A stretch of DNA of 64,000 bases from Ranitomeya imitator (lineage: Eukaryota). Positions 35,501 through 49,290 of this stretch are shown here, one piece after another. The notes beneath the pieces are model-generated. The model searched no databases and was not told the DNA's origin. It saw only the letters and a program-made list of their open reading frames with translations. The stretch lies in contig NC_091283.1 of assembly GCF_032444005.1 (NCBI RefSeq), positions 27,032,001 through 27,096,000 on the forward strand, read 5' to 3'. A program made the position numbers and the translations under genes. Position 1 is the stretch's first letter. Every line of letters begins with the position of its first letter.

Positions 35501-37583
35501 CCAAGACATTTTATTTGGTTGAATGCAGGGCAGAAAGCAGATTTACACGTGTGGGAGCAGTTATATTGGAAGATCGGTGTGGATGGACGAGGCTGACAAT
35601 GTTGACTTGGAGTTGGTTATGGATGCAGCAGGATCATTGGGATTTGGAGCCTATTTTCAAGGCAAACGGTTGGCCGGGAAGTGGCCGGATGAGTGGAGAG
35701 TTAATGGGCTGACAAAGAATTTTGTGGTCTTAGAGCCATTCCCTATTGTGGCAGCCGTGAAAGTGTGGGGGGAGCCTTTGCGAAACAAGGTGAGGTATTT
35801 GTGTGATAACATGAGTGTGGACTACCAGAGTATTAATCGCTTGTCAGCTCATTCTCCTCCTGTGGTGAACTTGATGCGTCACTTGGTACTTTGATGCTTG
35901 CATTTGAATGTATGGTAGAGGGCGACGCATGTCCCAGGAGTCAAAAATTCCATTGCTAATGCAATTTCTCGCTTTCAGTGGGGTCTGTTTTGGAAGCTGG
36001 CGCCTCAGTCAGAGCAGCACAGAACACAATGGCCGGCGAGCTTATGGAATCTGGTATCAGATCAGCAATGAGGTTGATTACGGAATCGGTGGCTCCTGGG
36101 ACATGGCATCGATATAATTCGGTGTGGGACTACTGGTATAGAGTGAAGGTGAGTATGGGGAGTTGTTAGTCAGATGACGATAGAGTGAATCTGTTGTTAT
36201 ACATGATCAGCAGGTCATGTGAGGAAGGGGTGTTGGTGTTGAATGGTCAAATGGCAGCAGTGGCATTTTTGTTCAAATTGTCTGGCGTGAAAGACGTTAC
36301 CAAGGCTTTTGTGATACGACAAGCTTTGAAGGGGTACAGGAAAGGAAGGGTGGTTCAGGATTGGAGGCATCCGATCTCATTTCATATGTTGGGTAGACTG
36401 TGTTCGAAAATGTGTCGGTCAAAATATGAGACATTACTGTTTCAGACGGCTTTTAGTTTAGCTTTCTTTGGCGTGTTTCGAATAACCGAATTAGTGAGTA
36501 AGAATTGTTTGCAATTCCATGATGTGGTATGTGAACCCAGGGTTATCCGTGGTATACTTCAGAGGTCAAAGACAGATATCTATAGCAAGGGTTGTATGGT
36601 GGAACTGTGGGTGGTGGAAGGATTAATGGAGTGTATATAGAACGTCTCAATTTTTGTTGGTAAAGGGCGATGCCGGAGGTTCTTTATTAATTCATCAGGA
36701 TGGTTTGGCTCTGTCTAAATTCCAGTTTATACCCATATTCAAGAGGTGCTTAGGTTCGATTGACATGGATGATTCTAAATTCAGTTCCCATTTATTTTGT
36801 ATCGGGGCAGCAACAGAAGCTGCCAGGTGGGGCCTTAATGCAGCAGCGGTGTGCAAGATTGGGAGATGGAATCGTTATGTTTTGCATCATATTTCCGTGC
36901 AGGAGTGCTGGATGTTTACCAGTGGCAAAGGGTTTTTTTAGCCTGTGGGGTTGCAAGTTACAATTTTGATTGTTTTTTTTTTTTACAGATGGTCCGCTGT
37001 TGGTGTGGGTGATAGGACACTTGTAGGTGGTGTGGGGAGATTTACAGGCTGACGTCAGACCATCCGGCTGGCAGCTTGGGTTAAGACAAGATGAAGTAAC
37101 AGTCAGGTGGATTGGGATTAGCAGAATGCTCTGGTCCAGGTTGGTCCAGAATTGTATTTTCATGTGGGTTTGGACAGACCCCTGGATGTTTTATTGATTC
37201 ACGTGGGGGTAATGATTTGGGGGTCTGCACTTCCAGGGATTTGGTTCGGGACATTAAGTTTGACTGTTTGTGGCTCATGGCTGCTCACTCGGTGATGGTC
37301 ATTGTTTGGTACAATATTGTGGCTCTTTTGGCTTGGAAATATGGTCGCTCAGTGGAACTCATAAATAGGGCCCGGATTAAGGTGAATCGGGAGGCGTTAT
37401 GTTTTTTGGCTAGGAATGGGGCGTTGGTAGTGCGGCATCGTGATCTGTGAGTGCCCTCCAGGCAGCATTTACGTCGGGATAGGGTGCATTTGACACCTAT
37501 CGGTAGATATCTGGGCGCTGGGTTTGAGAGAGGGTTAATAGAAGGCTGTTAAGGTGTGGAAGGACATTCATGCATAAGGTGTC

Positions 37584-38372
37584 TGTTACACCCGGTCTGT
37601 TTACTGTACCTCCAGGGGGTCTTCGTCAGGACTCTCGATCTGTGCCGCCTTCACGCTGTCTGGATGCAGCCCCCACCCCTCCTTCCTCTCCTGCTTCCTG
37701 GCGTGCGGCCAGCAGGTTCCCTGGCAGGGTTCTTAGGCCGCACGCGCGCGCGCTCCCAGTCTCTTAAAGAGACAGGGTGCATTTTCCAAATGTTGCCTCT
37801 AACCAATGGCGTGTGTTTGTCTATTATTTCTAGCCCTTCCACCATAGAGAGGGCACCGGAGCAACAAGTGTCTACTGTTGCTAACTTCCGGTTCCTGTTA
37901 TTCTGCGCGTCTGTTTCTGAAGTATCTGCAAGGAACTCCGCTTATTCTGTCTGTTTCCACAGATCTTCTGCTACCAGTTACTCGGCTAATCTGGACTGCA
38001 TCCGCAGTATCTACACTGACCCGTCTAGTCCTGCCAGTCCGCCAGCCTCACTTCCAGACCACGCCAGTACCACCGGCACCAGCTTCTACACCCGGTATCC
38101 TCCAGTCAACTCTGCAATACCCGCTAACCTTGCTGGTCCGTCCGTTCCGCTGGGACAGCCGCCACGAATACGGGGTCTAACTGAAGGTAGCACCCGTGTC
38201 CTCCAGGCATTCCATTCTGTCCCTCTTCGAGGGGACTTACTACGGGTGTCTGGGGCTCACGCAGTAACGCCCCCTTCGGAGCCCCCGGACTGTGGTCTAG
38301 TGGTTCCACATCAAACTTTAATAAATACAAATGTGAACTTCTACATCTGTGCCTCCGTTTCTATTCATTACA
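37584..38372. mobile_element. Solo LTR (789 bp) inserted in the Ngaro-like element
   Basis: TG...CA termini (tgttac...ttaca) with 5-bp TSD gtgtc (37579-37583 and 38373-38377). Confidence 0.8.
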
Positions 38373-38927
38373 GTGTCATGCATGTCTGTTGTGGCGGGAA
38401 CGGGTCTGCGGAGAGCCAGTTGATGGTAACAGAGGGGGGGAATAGGGGGCCCGTTTGGTGGGGCGATTACCTACCCCTCCCCTCTTTTGCTTCATTTGGT
38501 GGTCAGAGTATAATTTAAATAAAAGGGGTCCCTACTGGGCTGAGGTCTCATTTAATATGTGGCACCATTCAGTAGTATCCTCGAACCGATGTGGTGTGGT
38601 TGAGGGCATAAGCAGGAGGGTCCTCAAACCGGTGTAGTGTGGTTGAGGGCGCAACAAAGCTGGTGCACGGCTTTCATAGACCCCGTTCCTTATTTGTCAA
38701 TGTTATATTGATATGTTCATTTTTGTAATGTAAATATGTTAATAAACAGGGCTGCTGTGGCCTATTTATCCAAAAGGTTCGGAATGTGTCTGTGATTATT
38801 GTAGGTGTAGGGGGTTACATAAGATGGATTTTGAAAGGGGTGGGCTGAGTCAAACATTCCTAGGCCATGTTAAAAAAAAAAAAAAGCTAAAAGGAGGTAA
38901 GACAAAGTCCATTAAAAGTATTACAAA

Positions 38928-39238
38928 TAGTGATGAGCGAATATACTCGTTACTCGAGATTTCTCGAGCATGCTCGGGGGTCCTCCGAGTATTTTTTAGT
39001 GCTCGGAGATTTAGTTTTTATTGCCGCAGCTGAATGATTTACATCTCTTAGCCAGCATAAGTAAGTGTGGGGAATCCCTAGCAACCAGGCAACCCTCACA
39101 TGTACTTATGCTGGCTAAGAGATGTAAATCATTCAGCTGCGGCAAGAAAAACTAAATCTCTGAGCACTAAAAAATACTCGGAGGACCCCCAAGCGTGCTT
39201 GAGAAATCTCGAGTAACGAGTATATTCGCTCATCACTA
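38928..39238. mobile_element. hAT-type MITE, copy 2
   Basis: TIRs tagtgatgagcgaatatactcg and cgagtatattcgctcatcacta; perfect 8-bp TSD attacaaa. Confidence 0.92.
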
Positions 39239-39929
39239 ATTACAAACTCTCTTTTCAAAACAAGTTCACTGATAGATTCTAAGGTAACTCATTCTGTAAT
39301 GTGCAGGAAACCATAGTTTGTAAAAAGTCAAAAAAGTACATTTTTAATGAAACTTAGTTGCAAAAATAATTTTCAGCCCCAATCGGTCACCACCTTTGAT
39401 GTATCTAACCTATGAACTGAGGAGGCAGCGTTATCTTCCAGGCAATGTCCGCCAAAAAGCCACGAAGAGCTTAATTATATAACGAGATAAAATATTATTT
39501 TTCCACAAGAAAGCATCTGATATGAGGCATACAGATATGACTATTTTCAGGATTCTATAATCTGTATGCCCATATTAATAGGTTACATACATCATATGTG
39601 GTGACAGATTCCCTTTAAATAAAATCTCCATAAGGTCATCCATATTCATTAAGGTATTGTGAAATTTAATTCTACTCAGCCCAATAAACTAATATTAAAA
39701 AGAAAAACCCAGCATCGAGATAAAGTGAACTTCAGCTTTCTGCCGCCACAGTCCATATAGCTATCCCAGGAATCTGAGCCCGGCTCCAGAGGAACATTGT
39801 GTCATTCATTCTCCATTCATATGGCTTCAATATAATCACAAAGAAAAATCTAGAATCATTGGTTTTGTTCTCTTTCCCACAGATGTCAGGATATCACCTG
39901 TATCACATGTAACCACCGATTGACCAAAC

Positions 39930-40148
39930 CGCTGCACGGCCAGCTCTACCCTCACCTACTGTATCCTCACCCATCCCTTGTAGATTGTGAGCCCTCGCGG
40001 GCAGGGTCCTCTCTCCTCCTGTACCAGTTGTGACTTGTATTTTTCAAGATTATTGTACTTGTTTTATTATGTATACCCCTCCTCACATGTAAAGCGCCAT
40101 GGAATAAATGGCGCTATAATAATAAATAATAATAATAATAATAATAAT
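39930..40148 (+). mobile_element. L2-clade LINE 3' end
   Basis: tagattgtgagccctcgcgggcagggtcc...catgtaaagcgccatggaataaatggcgctataataaa(taa)n. Confidence 0.8.
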
Positions 40149-40985
40149 ATCACCTTCCATTCATAAAAATTAAAACTGCTCATTAAGAACAAGGTCATTA
40201 TCAATCTTTAATGTATGGGATCTGTGAGGGAGGATTGTATTATACAAAATGGATGGGAGAAAAAAAGACTAGCAGCTCTATACTTCTGGAAAATGTTTGG
40301 AGTACAAAGAGCTGAAAATCTGAGATCAGGATAAGGAGAAAAATGATTGCAACCCTCTAGATGTCCAATTACACTCAGTAATAATTAATGAATATCGCTT
40401 CTTTTACAGAAAACATTTCTGAATGAGAATCAAATACCAAAGCCCAAGTTATACAAAGTGGTACTCTGATGAGAAGGATATTGTTAGCCCCCATCATAGG
40501 AAAAACACAGATGCTTGGAAGAGATTTATGAACACCAGAGCAAAAAATATAATATGGTGGCCAAGCAAATTGCTCTTGCGACTTCATTTGTTGCTTTGGG
40601 TAATTGCTCCACTTCCTATCTACAGTCACCTAAAGGGATTCTGTCAGTAGAATCAAGCCTCTTAAGCCGTCTGTATGGGCATGCAGGTCATTGAAAATTG
40701 AATAAAATTATTCTTTTATATTTGCAATCCAATGTCTTATTCAGGAGAAATCCATATTTTTGTTAATATGTAAATGAGCTGTTAAGATCTATGGTCTGGA
40801 CACAGATCTCCCTGAGAATCTGCCTCCAGAGCTTGCTTAGAATGAAAGGTTGCATTATAGGTGAGATATGTGGATCAGGAGGGCAGGCTGTCAGTCACAC
40901 ACTGTTAAAGCCCTTTTCGTTTACAGTAAGCTCTGGGGAGATCTCAGTCCAGCCCATAGAGCTTAACAACTAATTTAAATATTAA

Positions 40986-41208
40986 AGGAATTGTCCAGGT
41001 TTGTGACAAGATGTTTTTGAATCCTCACAGTGCGTGAACCACACTCTGTCAGGATTCTCCATTCTCGGCATTATCCATATTTTCAGCCACATTACGACTA
41101 GACATGCTCGTCTTCGCTGAATTAACTTATATGAATATTGTGAGAATTCAAAAGTCTACAGTCACATTGAATGAGTTCAGACTTTCATCACAAACCTGGA
41201 CAATTCCT
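40986..41208. mobile_element. Kolobok/T2-family MITE
   Basis: TTAA|aggaattgtccaggtttg ... caaacctggacaattcct|TTAA. Confidence 0.85.
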
Positions 41209-42793
41209 TTAAGAAAAATGTGGACTAGGCGGGGCCACATGAGTGCATAAAAATCTGTCCCATTCTCGTGCAGAAAAGGGGGTACATTTTTGTCACTTGT
41301 CATACGTGTGCTGTCAGTGTGCAATCCATTTTTTTACTCAGCAGCTATTAATCTTGTACAGGACCCTTCATAATTTCCTTACAGAACTGCAATGTATCCA
41401 TAAAAATCGGATGCCATACTGTATGGTATCCGATTTTATTTCTCGCACCCATGCGATTTCGGTATTAAACCACAGAATTTTGTAATTTTTTTCATGCCGA
41501 ATACAGCTGAGAAAAAAAAATATGCAGATCTGCACTGTCTCATTAAATAGCACTGGTCAGAGTGAAATCCTTTTTTATTGGATTGCACTCATCTGATTTA
41601 TATGCTTTTATGAGCGAGCCCTTACTCTTTTGCAGATGTTAATGTATCATTTCATACAACTTTCTGTGACCTGCATGTCCATGAAGACAGTTAAGGGGGT
41701 TGATCCAACTGACATATTCCCTTTAGTAAATAATTAGATTATAGCCATCATTTCTATCTGTAGGACATTATGGGAACAATGCATAATTTCTACTTTTCTT
41801 AGTCTTAGCAAGGTGGGACAACGAAAAAAATTAACTGCAACAGTAACCTGTCACGTGCTATCCTATCTGTGGGAATCATGTTATAAAGCAGGAGAAGCTA
41901 ATTAGACTAATATAGGGGTTTGTGAGAAAATTTTAAGTATGTATTTTTTAAATTTAGATCCCTGCTCATTCTGGGATGAGAGTCCAGTGGATGGTCCTAA
42001 TTAGTTGCTGAGAGCCTACAGGAGGCCCCTACTAGGCTACTAAGCCCAAAATGAGCAAGGGTGTTCATTACGTGATATACTAAATCTTCTACAAAACTAC
42101 ATATCAATGAGTTTCACAAATACATTTTTTGGTGCTTACTATATGTCCCACTCTGCAGACTAAAAACCTAAATCTTGTAGAGACTCAGATTCAATACATG
42201 AAATAAAAAGGTGAAAAAAAAGGATTCAAGTCAACCCCACCAGTACTACTATACTTTGGCATTATAGTCATTATCCATGTTCCCTGCACTTTTTGCTAAG
42301 AATTTGTTACAATGGTGACTAATATTTATATATATTATATAAAGTGCCTTGCTGGTGAACTACATAATTTAAAGGAACACTATAGAAATTTACTATAAAG
42401 GCAGACCATGCAGCTACAGTAGGGCCCTTGCAGTAAGGATGCCTACCATGGATGGTCCTATCCTCTTTGCTACTGTGCAGCAAAAAATCTTGTATTGTTA
42501 CCAAATAAGCTGGGGGTGAATTGTCCCAATAAATATTAAAATGGTTTGGGGATGTGACGAGGACACGAGATTCTTCTACTCTAGATGGCAAGACTCATCA
42601 ATATAATGAGGACCTACTTGGATCCTTTCTATAGAACTCCTCAACCTTCTTTATATGTCATTAATTAAGACACCACTTGGTCTAGGCTTATCTTAATACC
42701 ATGTAACCATTACCAGCTTACCATCTACCATGCAACTCCAATTCCCAGTTCTGACACATAAGTACATGCAAACATATCTGTAAATCTGTATAC

Positions 42794-43348
42794 CTTAGCC
42801 TTCCCCGTGCTTTGTAATATATGTACCAACGCACAGGCCACCTCCTCTTTGCTCTTCACGCTCAGCACTGGCTCCAGCACAGCACACAACATCCGGTAGT
42901 TGTTGGTCACATATTCTGCAAATTCCTTATACAGCTCCATGGGGAGGATGCTCATAGTTTGGTATCGGGACTTTAGGCGGATGGAGGGACAGCTGCTCTT
43001 TCCTTTGTAGGATGTGGGCTGGGAGACTGGGTACCACTGCTCCACAAAATGGCGTCCGCTGATGCTGGCGATGGGCACGTTCACCATGCCCACATAGTTG
43101 CTCTTCTCTTTGCGCCTCTTTTTATCTGTGTCCTTATACAGGTGGAGGCGTAGGTTTCGGACAGCCGGCAGGTTGTTAAACTCAAAATGCTCCCCCCAGA
43201 AAACGGTCTCACCCCGGGCTTTGCTGGTGGTACGGGCATACAAAATGTCATCCAGGCAGAGCTCGCAGTAATAGCGCTTCTTGGGGGGAAGTTCACGAGC
43301 TTCAATTATCCACAACTTGAGGACATTATCCACTCTTCGACTGTTATC
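42794..43348 (-). CDS. SYNGAP1: SYNGAP1 exon (about human exon 8): C2 domain and start of RasGAP domain
   Basis: Acceptor ctttgtag|GAT AAC AGT ([10 protein letters not shown]...) and donor GCT AAG|gtatac (...STGKAK); 555 nt, phase 0-0; ORF 42725..43333. Confidence 0.96.
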
Positions 43349-44784
43349 CTACAAAGAGGACAGAACAAAAATCTGAGCAAAAAAATAAGAAACACTGGCC
43401 AATCAAAAAGAGGTTGAGATAAGATCCAAGTAGGGATTTAACCCTCCCCCTCCTAAAAAAAACCCCCAACATACTCTACAAGAGCATTTGATGAGGGGTG
43501 ACCCACAGTTATGCATATATTACACTATTCATATCTAAACATACCAGTCTCAGTCCTCCTTACAAAAAACGCATCTGCATATGGTTCAGTTTTGCCTTTG
43601 TTGAGTGTAACACAAGGGCTTAGAGTGGAGAAGCCGTCCATTGGGTAAACACTGAGAACTCACTACCAGAATAATCCATATAGGCTTACATTTATTTGTA
43701 TTTCAGGTTTCGTGAACCATAATTGTCTTAATAAGTTGAAAAAGTCTGCAAGAAACTTACATATATTTATATCAGCACTTGGGGCTCCACAAAAGATGCT
43801 ATATGACGTGAACAATACCACCAGGTCATGACATCAATGTGATAACCATAACAGTACAGATCGTAATACACAGAATCCGATACGAATATGTTGGAAATTA
43901 AAGTCTCATTCAGACATCAGTTTTTCATGTATAGGTTCCATCTGTGTTATTCATGGTTAGCACACATACCCATTATTGTTTACGTGGCTGTTCACATATC
44001 GTTTTTTTTTGTTTTTTTTTGGGGGGGGGGTGTAAAATGGAGAGATCCACAAAAAAAAAATAAATCAAAAAAGACATGACCTTTTTTATTCTAGTCATGG
44101 ATCAAACTCCCCATTCAAATTTGTGAAAAGCTCAGACAGCACACAGATGGCATCTTACTGATATCGTTTTTTCATGTTTGTTCGATAGAAGCTTGAGAAA
44201 CCTCCATTGTTTTTGTTTGCAGATGAGAAAAAACAATGAAACACTGATGGTAAAAACTGACACACTGACCAAATGCTGATGGAAATCTGTTAAAAAAAAA
44301 TACATGTCTTACGGAGCACACTCTCCTGATCTTATCCAATGTCAGAAGCATCACCTTCATGTTGTTCTAGAGTAAAGAACAACAAGACCTGAGGGTGGTA
44401 AGCATATTAAATTGTGACCTCGGCTGGGGATCTGATAATTTGGGCATCTGGTTTAGTGTATAATAATAATTTAGGGGACTGGCCTGGATTTTGAAATCAT
44501 GTATAAGTCTTATCTATTTTCTAGTCTCTCCTAGGGCATGAGGTCTGACAATTTTGGGGACTGAGCAATTTAGGGGTGTTGTCTAAGGCATTATAGCGAT
44601 CGGATATGGGTCAGGTTGAATTTAGGAACTTGTATACATTTATGGATCTGGCCTGATGTTGGATAATTTGGGATTTGATGAGTATTGATTTTGAGATTTT
44701 AATTTTAGGGTTTTAATTAATTTAGGGACCAGAAAGAATTTATGGTCTGAATGAATCTTGTGATCTGGTCTGGAGTCTAAATAC

Positions 44785-44940
44785 ATAGTAACATAGTTAG
44801 TAAGGCCGAAAAAAGACATTTGTCCATCCAGTTCAGCCTATATTCCATCATAAATCCCCAGATCTACATCCTTCTACAGAACCTAATAATTGTATGATAC
44901 AATATTGTTCTGCTCCAGGAAGACATCCAGGCCTCTCTTG
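44785..44940 (-). mobile_element. CR1 LINE 3' end
   Basis: catagtaacatagttagtaaggccgaaaaaagacatttgtccatccagttcagcc resembles the typical frog CR1 3' terminus in reverse orientation. Confidence 0.65.
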
Positions 44941-45520
44941 AAATACATTTAGGTGTCTTGTATGGGGTCTGAATTAAAGCACCAGATCAGCCTTTTTTTT
45001 ATTGCAGTGCTGGAGTGATGCTATTAATCTAATTTCCCTGCCTCTAGTCTTATACTTACCAGCCACTATCATCTTTTTTTGTCGCTGCTCTGGACGGTCT
45101 CGAGCAATTTGTGACCTGTTGGATTGCTGCAGTGCTTGCTGGATCAATCTGGAAGTCACAACTCAATGCAATTCTATGAGTTAGAACGTGGCTCTCAGAC
45201 TCACATTAACAGCTTGTGACCGTTACCACCGTCTTCTAGTTAGAAGTTGCGGTCACAAGATGGCGGCACGGGACCAGAGTGGCGCAGGGAAGAGCTGAAG
45301 ACAGAGCTGCTGGAATAATATAATACTAGGGTCAGGGAACTTACATTAGTCATACCACTCCAGCACTGAAATAAAAAAAAACAATGGAGTGGTTTTTTAA
45401 TTTAGTGGCCTGATCAGTCTATAATGAGGGACTAAAACTAGTTTAGTATGTGTCCTAGTTGTATCTTTTTTAATGGGTCTTGGCAACAAATTATATTTTT
45501 ACCTTATCTTGGAGCAGGTA

Positions 45521-46308
45521 CAGGTGAATCTCACAAAATTAGACTATAATCAAAAAGTTAATTTATTTCAGTTCTTCAATACAAAAAGTGAAACTCATAT
45601 TATATAGAGACATTACACACAGAGTGATCTATTTCAAGTGTTTATTTCTGTTAATGTTGATGATTATGGCTTACAGCCAATGAAAATAAATTAGAATACT
45701 TTATAACACCAGCTTGAAAAAATTATTTTAAAATCTGAAATGTTGGCCTACCGAAATGTATGTTCAGCAAATGCACTCAATACTTGGTCGGGGTTCCTTT
45801 TGCATCAATTACTGCATCAATGCGGCGTGGCATGGAGGCGATCAGCCTGTGACACTGCTGAGGGGTTATGGAAGCCCAGGTTGTTTTGATGGCAGCCTTC
45901 AGCTCATCTGCATTGTTGGGTCTGGGGTCTCTCATCTTCCTCTTGACAACATCCATAGATTCTCTATGGGGTTAAGGTCAGGCGAGTTTGCAGCCAATCA
46001 AGCCCAGTGATACCGTTGTTTTTAAACCAGGTATTGGTACATTTGGCAGTGTGGACAGAGGCCAAGTCCTGCTGGAGAATGTCATTTCCATCTCCAAAAA
46101 GCTTGTCGGCACACGGAAGCATTAAGTGCTCTAAAATTTCCTGGTAGACAGCTGCGCGGACTTTGGTCTTGATAAAACAGAGTGGATCTACACCAGCAGA
46201 TGACATGGCTTTGTAATGACTCTATCTAATATACGAGTTTCACTTTTTGTATTGAAGAACTGAAATAAATTAACTTTTTCATGATATTCTTTTTGTGAGA
46301 TGCACCTG
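45521..46308 (-). mobile_element. Internally deleted Tc1-like element
   Basis: TA|caggtgaatctcacaaa ... tttgtgagatgcacctg|TA. Remnant YQEILEHLMLPCADKLFGD...QQDLASVHTAK. Confidence 0.85.
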
Positions 46309-47321
46309 TATATAATTACATTTGAATAGAATGGGGGTGCCAAGCAAAAAGTTGGACATGTTGCATAGCCTTTTCTTTTTGTACCCCTCCCCATCCTGGA
46401 TGCTCTATGATGGTAACTGTTATGCAGATTTTCTACAGATAGCCACTGGAGTGTTTCCGTATCATTGTGACATTGATATGCACCAGTATATGTCAATCTT
46501 TCATAATCCTGAGTATTAAAATTCCATAATACTATTATCACAAATATCAGTGGTCTATCACCCAAGAGTCTAGAAAGTCTCTGTTCTATTTTTCAGGGGC
46601 TACATGAACATAGAGCCACATGTATTAGTGTTCTATAAATATAGGCCTTTTTTTAAGGAATCTGTGAGCGTAGAGTTTCATATGAAGTGCTTCACATATC
46701 AATGATCTCATTACCTCATACATGTGTAAGCACCAGGTACACTAGCATTGTACATCTTGCATACAGCTCCTGCCATACATTTACCAGAGCTGATCTTTGT
46801 ATCTGCTGCATAATTAGTTATATACTGTTACTTAGCAACTCCACAGAGCTTTGTATTAATACCAGAGCTCATGTACTCAGCCACCATTTGTAAAAAGAAA
46901 TAAGAGAATTCACTAAGCTGCTCATATGAAGATTTGTGGCATGAGAAAAATGAGAGTCAGTGGCACCTGACCCCATACTGTCATCTCAAAAGCCCCGACT
47001 CAGAGCACCACAACCTGACCAATACATCTCTTTACAACCTGACCCAATGCAACATTGATACAATCTGACCCTATACAGCATCTCTATACAGCATCTCTAT
47101 ACAGCCAGATCCTATACATTAGGTATCTCAAAAATGTGGCCCACGAGACAGACATCTTTTGACCATGGGGCAGCAAAGCTACTGACAGTAGAAAGCAATC
47201 TGAAGGAGGAATGCCCTGGCGCACCTTAGTGACATCACTATGTGATGGTGTATGGCGTCAGAGTGTGCTGTGTTGGAGATGAGGTATTCCTTTCCCGGAC
47301 TGGTGGATCACAGGTGGTGGG

Positions 47322-47632
47322 TAGTGATGAGTGAATAAACTCGTTACTCGAGATTTCTCGAGCACGCTCAGGGGGTCCTCCGAGTATTTTTTAGTGCTCG
47401 GAGATTTAGTTTTTCTTGCCGCAGCTGAATGATTTACATCTGTTAGCCAGCATAAGTACATGTGGGGGTTGCTTGGTTGCTAGGGAATCCGCACATGTAC
47501 TTATGCTAGCTAACAGATGTAAATCATTCAGCTGCAGCAAGAAAAACTAAATCTCCGAGCACTAAAAATACTCGGAGGACCCCTGAGCGTGCTCGAGAAA
47601 TCTCGAGTAACGAGTATATTCACTCATCACTA
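47322..47632. mobile_element. hAT-type MITE, copy 3
   Basis: Same TIR family; perfect 8-bp TSD gtggtggg (47314-47321 and 47633-47640). Confidence 0.92.
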
Positions 47633-48464
47633 GTGGTGGGTGAATATAAAGTTGTCTTTTACCCCTTCGTTATATATGATGTACATGTGTGGCAATGCAG
47701 GAATTGTCTTCCCACAAACCACCATAAATGTATGGCATAATGATGTTGCCAGCTCACAAGCACAGCTATCCCTAACATCAGGCTGACACCCAGCCGCAAT
47801 AGGCAATATCGGTATTAGCATAACCAATTAGATAGCGCAGTCAATTTTGATATCAGTGTCTAGATGGTTATTTGTGGGGGGTTGCTCTCTCTTTAAGCCT
47901 ATTGACACCCTGAGATCGCAATGACAGCCTGATGCCAAATAATGGCCATCAAATCAGTCAGCTATGATGGCTTGTAAGGCCCTGCAATAAGCAAGGTCTA
48001 ATAGGCGAAGTATCAGTGTAATTTTAACAGCTTGAATGTTCTTCTACACAAGAATTGCAAGATATTGGATCAGCGATTATTCAGGTAAAAGTTAAAGACC
48101 GTATAAAGACTTAACTTACAAAAAAAGTAAATAAAACTGTAAAAAGTATAAACAAAATTTAAAAAGTTCATGTTTGGTATAGCCGTGTGCGGAATAACCC
48201 AAGCTATAACTCTGTACCATAACCCAAACAATGAACACCGTAAAACATATGAAAAAAATGGCAAAAATGTTTTATTATACTGAAACACAAAAAATGGAAT
48301 ATGATCAAAAAGTCATGTAGAAAAAAATGGCATCACTAAAAATATTATCTTGTCCCACAAGGAATGCAATCCGTTAACTGAATCTTACCCTATAAAGCAT
48401 CTCTACAGCCTGATCCTATACAACCTGACCCAAAATAGCATTTTTCTACAACCTGTATGTATAG

Positions 48465-49290
48465 CCATATAAACCAAAAGAAAAACAGCACTATGAAGAA
48501 CCAAGTAAAACATGAATCAATCTTTATTAAAGTATAACTCCAGAAGGTAATAATAAAAAACAGTAAACAAAAAACAAGGAGAACAAAACCAGGCAAGGAC
48601 AATGATCACCAAACTCCGACAGTGTGGTGGCAGCAGGTAGTAACTATAATACAGACTGTTGTGATGCTATACCATATAGTAAATAATCCACCAGTAAATA
48701 ACAGCACTGCCTGATAAAGTGCAAGGGTGCATACTGCAAAGAGTAGCCGAATAACGCGCCGAAACGCGCGTTGGGGTCCCTGGCAGTGTGGTCTCATTTG
48801 CAGGTAACATGATAGACTTATTTTAGGTGTTATACTTGTTGATACTTACTATCACTGGCACTGATGTGCAGGTTAAGGTGCTATACATTGCACTAATGCT
48901 ATTCACTTATTCGGCTACTCTTTTCAGTATGCACCCTTGCACTTTATCAGGCAGTGCTGTTATTTACTGGTGGATTATTTACTATATGGTATAGCATCAC
49001 AACAGTCTGTATTATAGTTACTACCTGCTGCCACCACACTGTCGGAGTTTGGTGATCATTGTCCTTGCCTGGTTTTGTTCTCCTTGTTTTTTGTTTACTG
49101 TTTTTTATTATTACCTTCTGGAGTTATACTTTAATAAAGATTGATTCATGTTTTACTTGGTTCTTCATAGTGCTGTTTTTCTTTTGGTTTATATGGCTAT
49201 TGGTTATTGCACTGAACCCTAGATTTATATCCACGCACCTTGGATACTTTTTATTTATGGTGCTTTGTTTGATCTGGTTTATATGTTCCA
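48465..49290 (+). mobile_element. Penelope-like non-coding insertion with a 5' inverted arm and a 15-bp TSD
   Basis: Inverted arms 48461-48754 and 48907-49200. TSD aacctgtatgtatag (48450-48464 and 49291-49305). Half-hammerhead cgccGAAACGCGCGTT at the junction. Confidence 0.75.

Larger units (their letters stand above)
31500..38810 (+). mobile_element. Degenerate tyrosine-recombinase retrotransposon (DIRS order, Ngaro-like); boundaries approximate
   Basis: Gag-like (WLRYDEQFRQR), RT (SPLGLVPKK, HYLDDFL), RNase H (MDAAGSLGFGA), YR (FFGVFRITELV, RSKTD, SHLFCIGAAT, IGRW) and a downstream SGNH-like frame (WVIGH, IHxGGNDLG). Many stops and frameshifts. Confidence 0.85.

Noticed and set aside
37556-38518. 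320-aa plus-strand ORF
   Set aside because: It coincides with a TSD-flanked solo LTR and has a Ser/Pro/Thr-rich composition, so it is a chance open frame.
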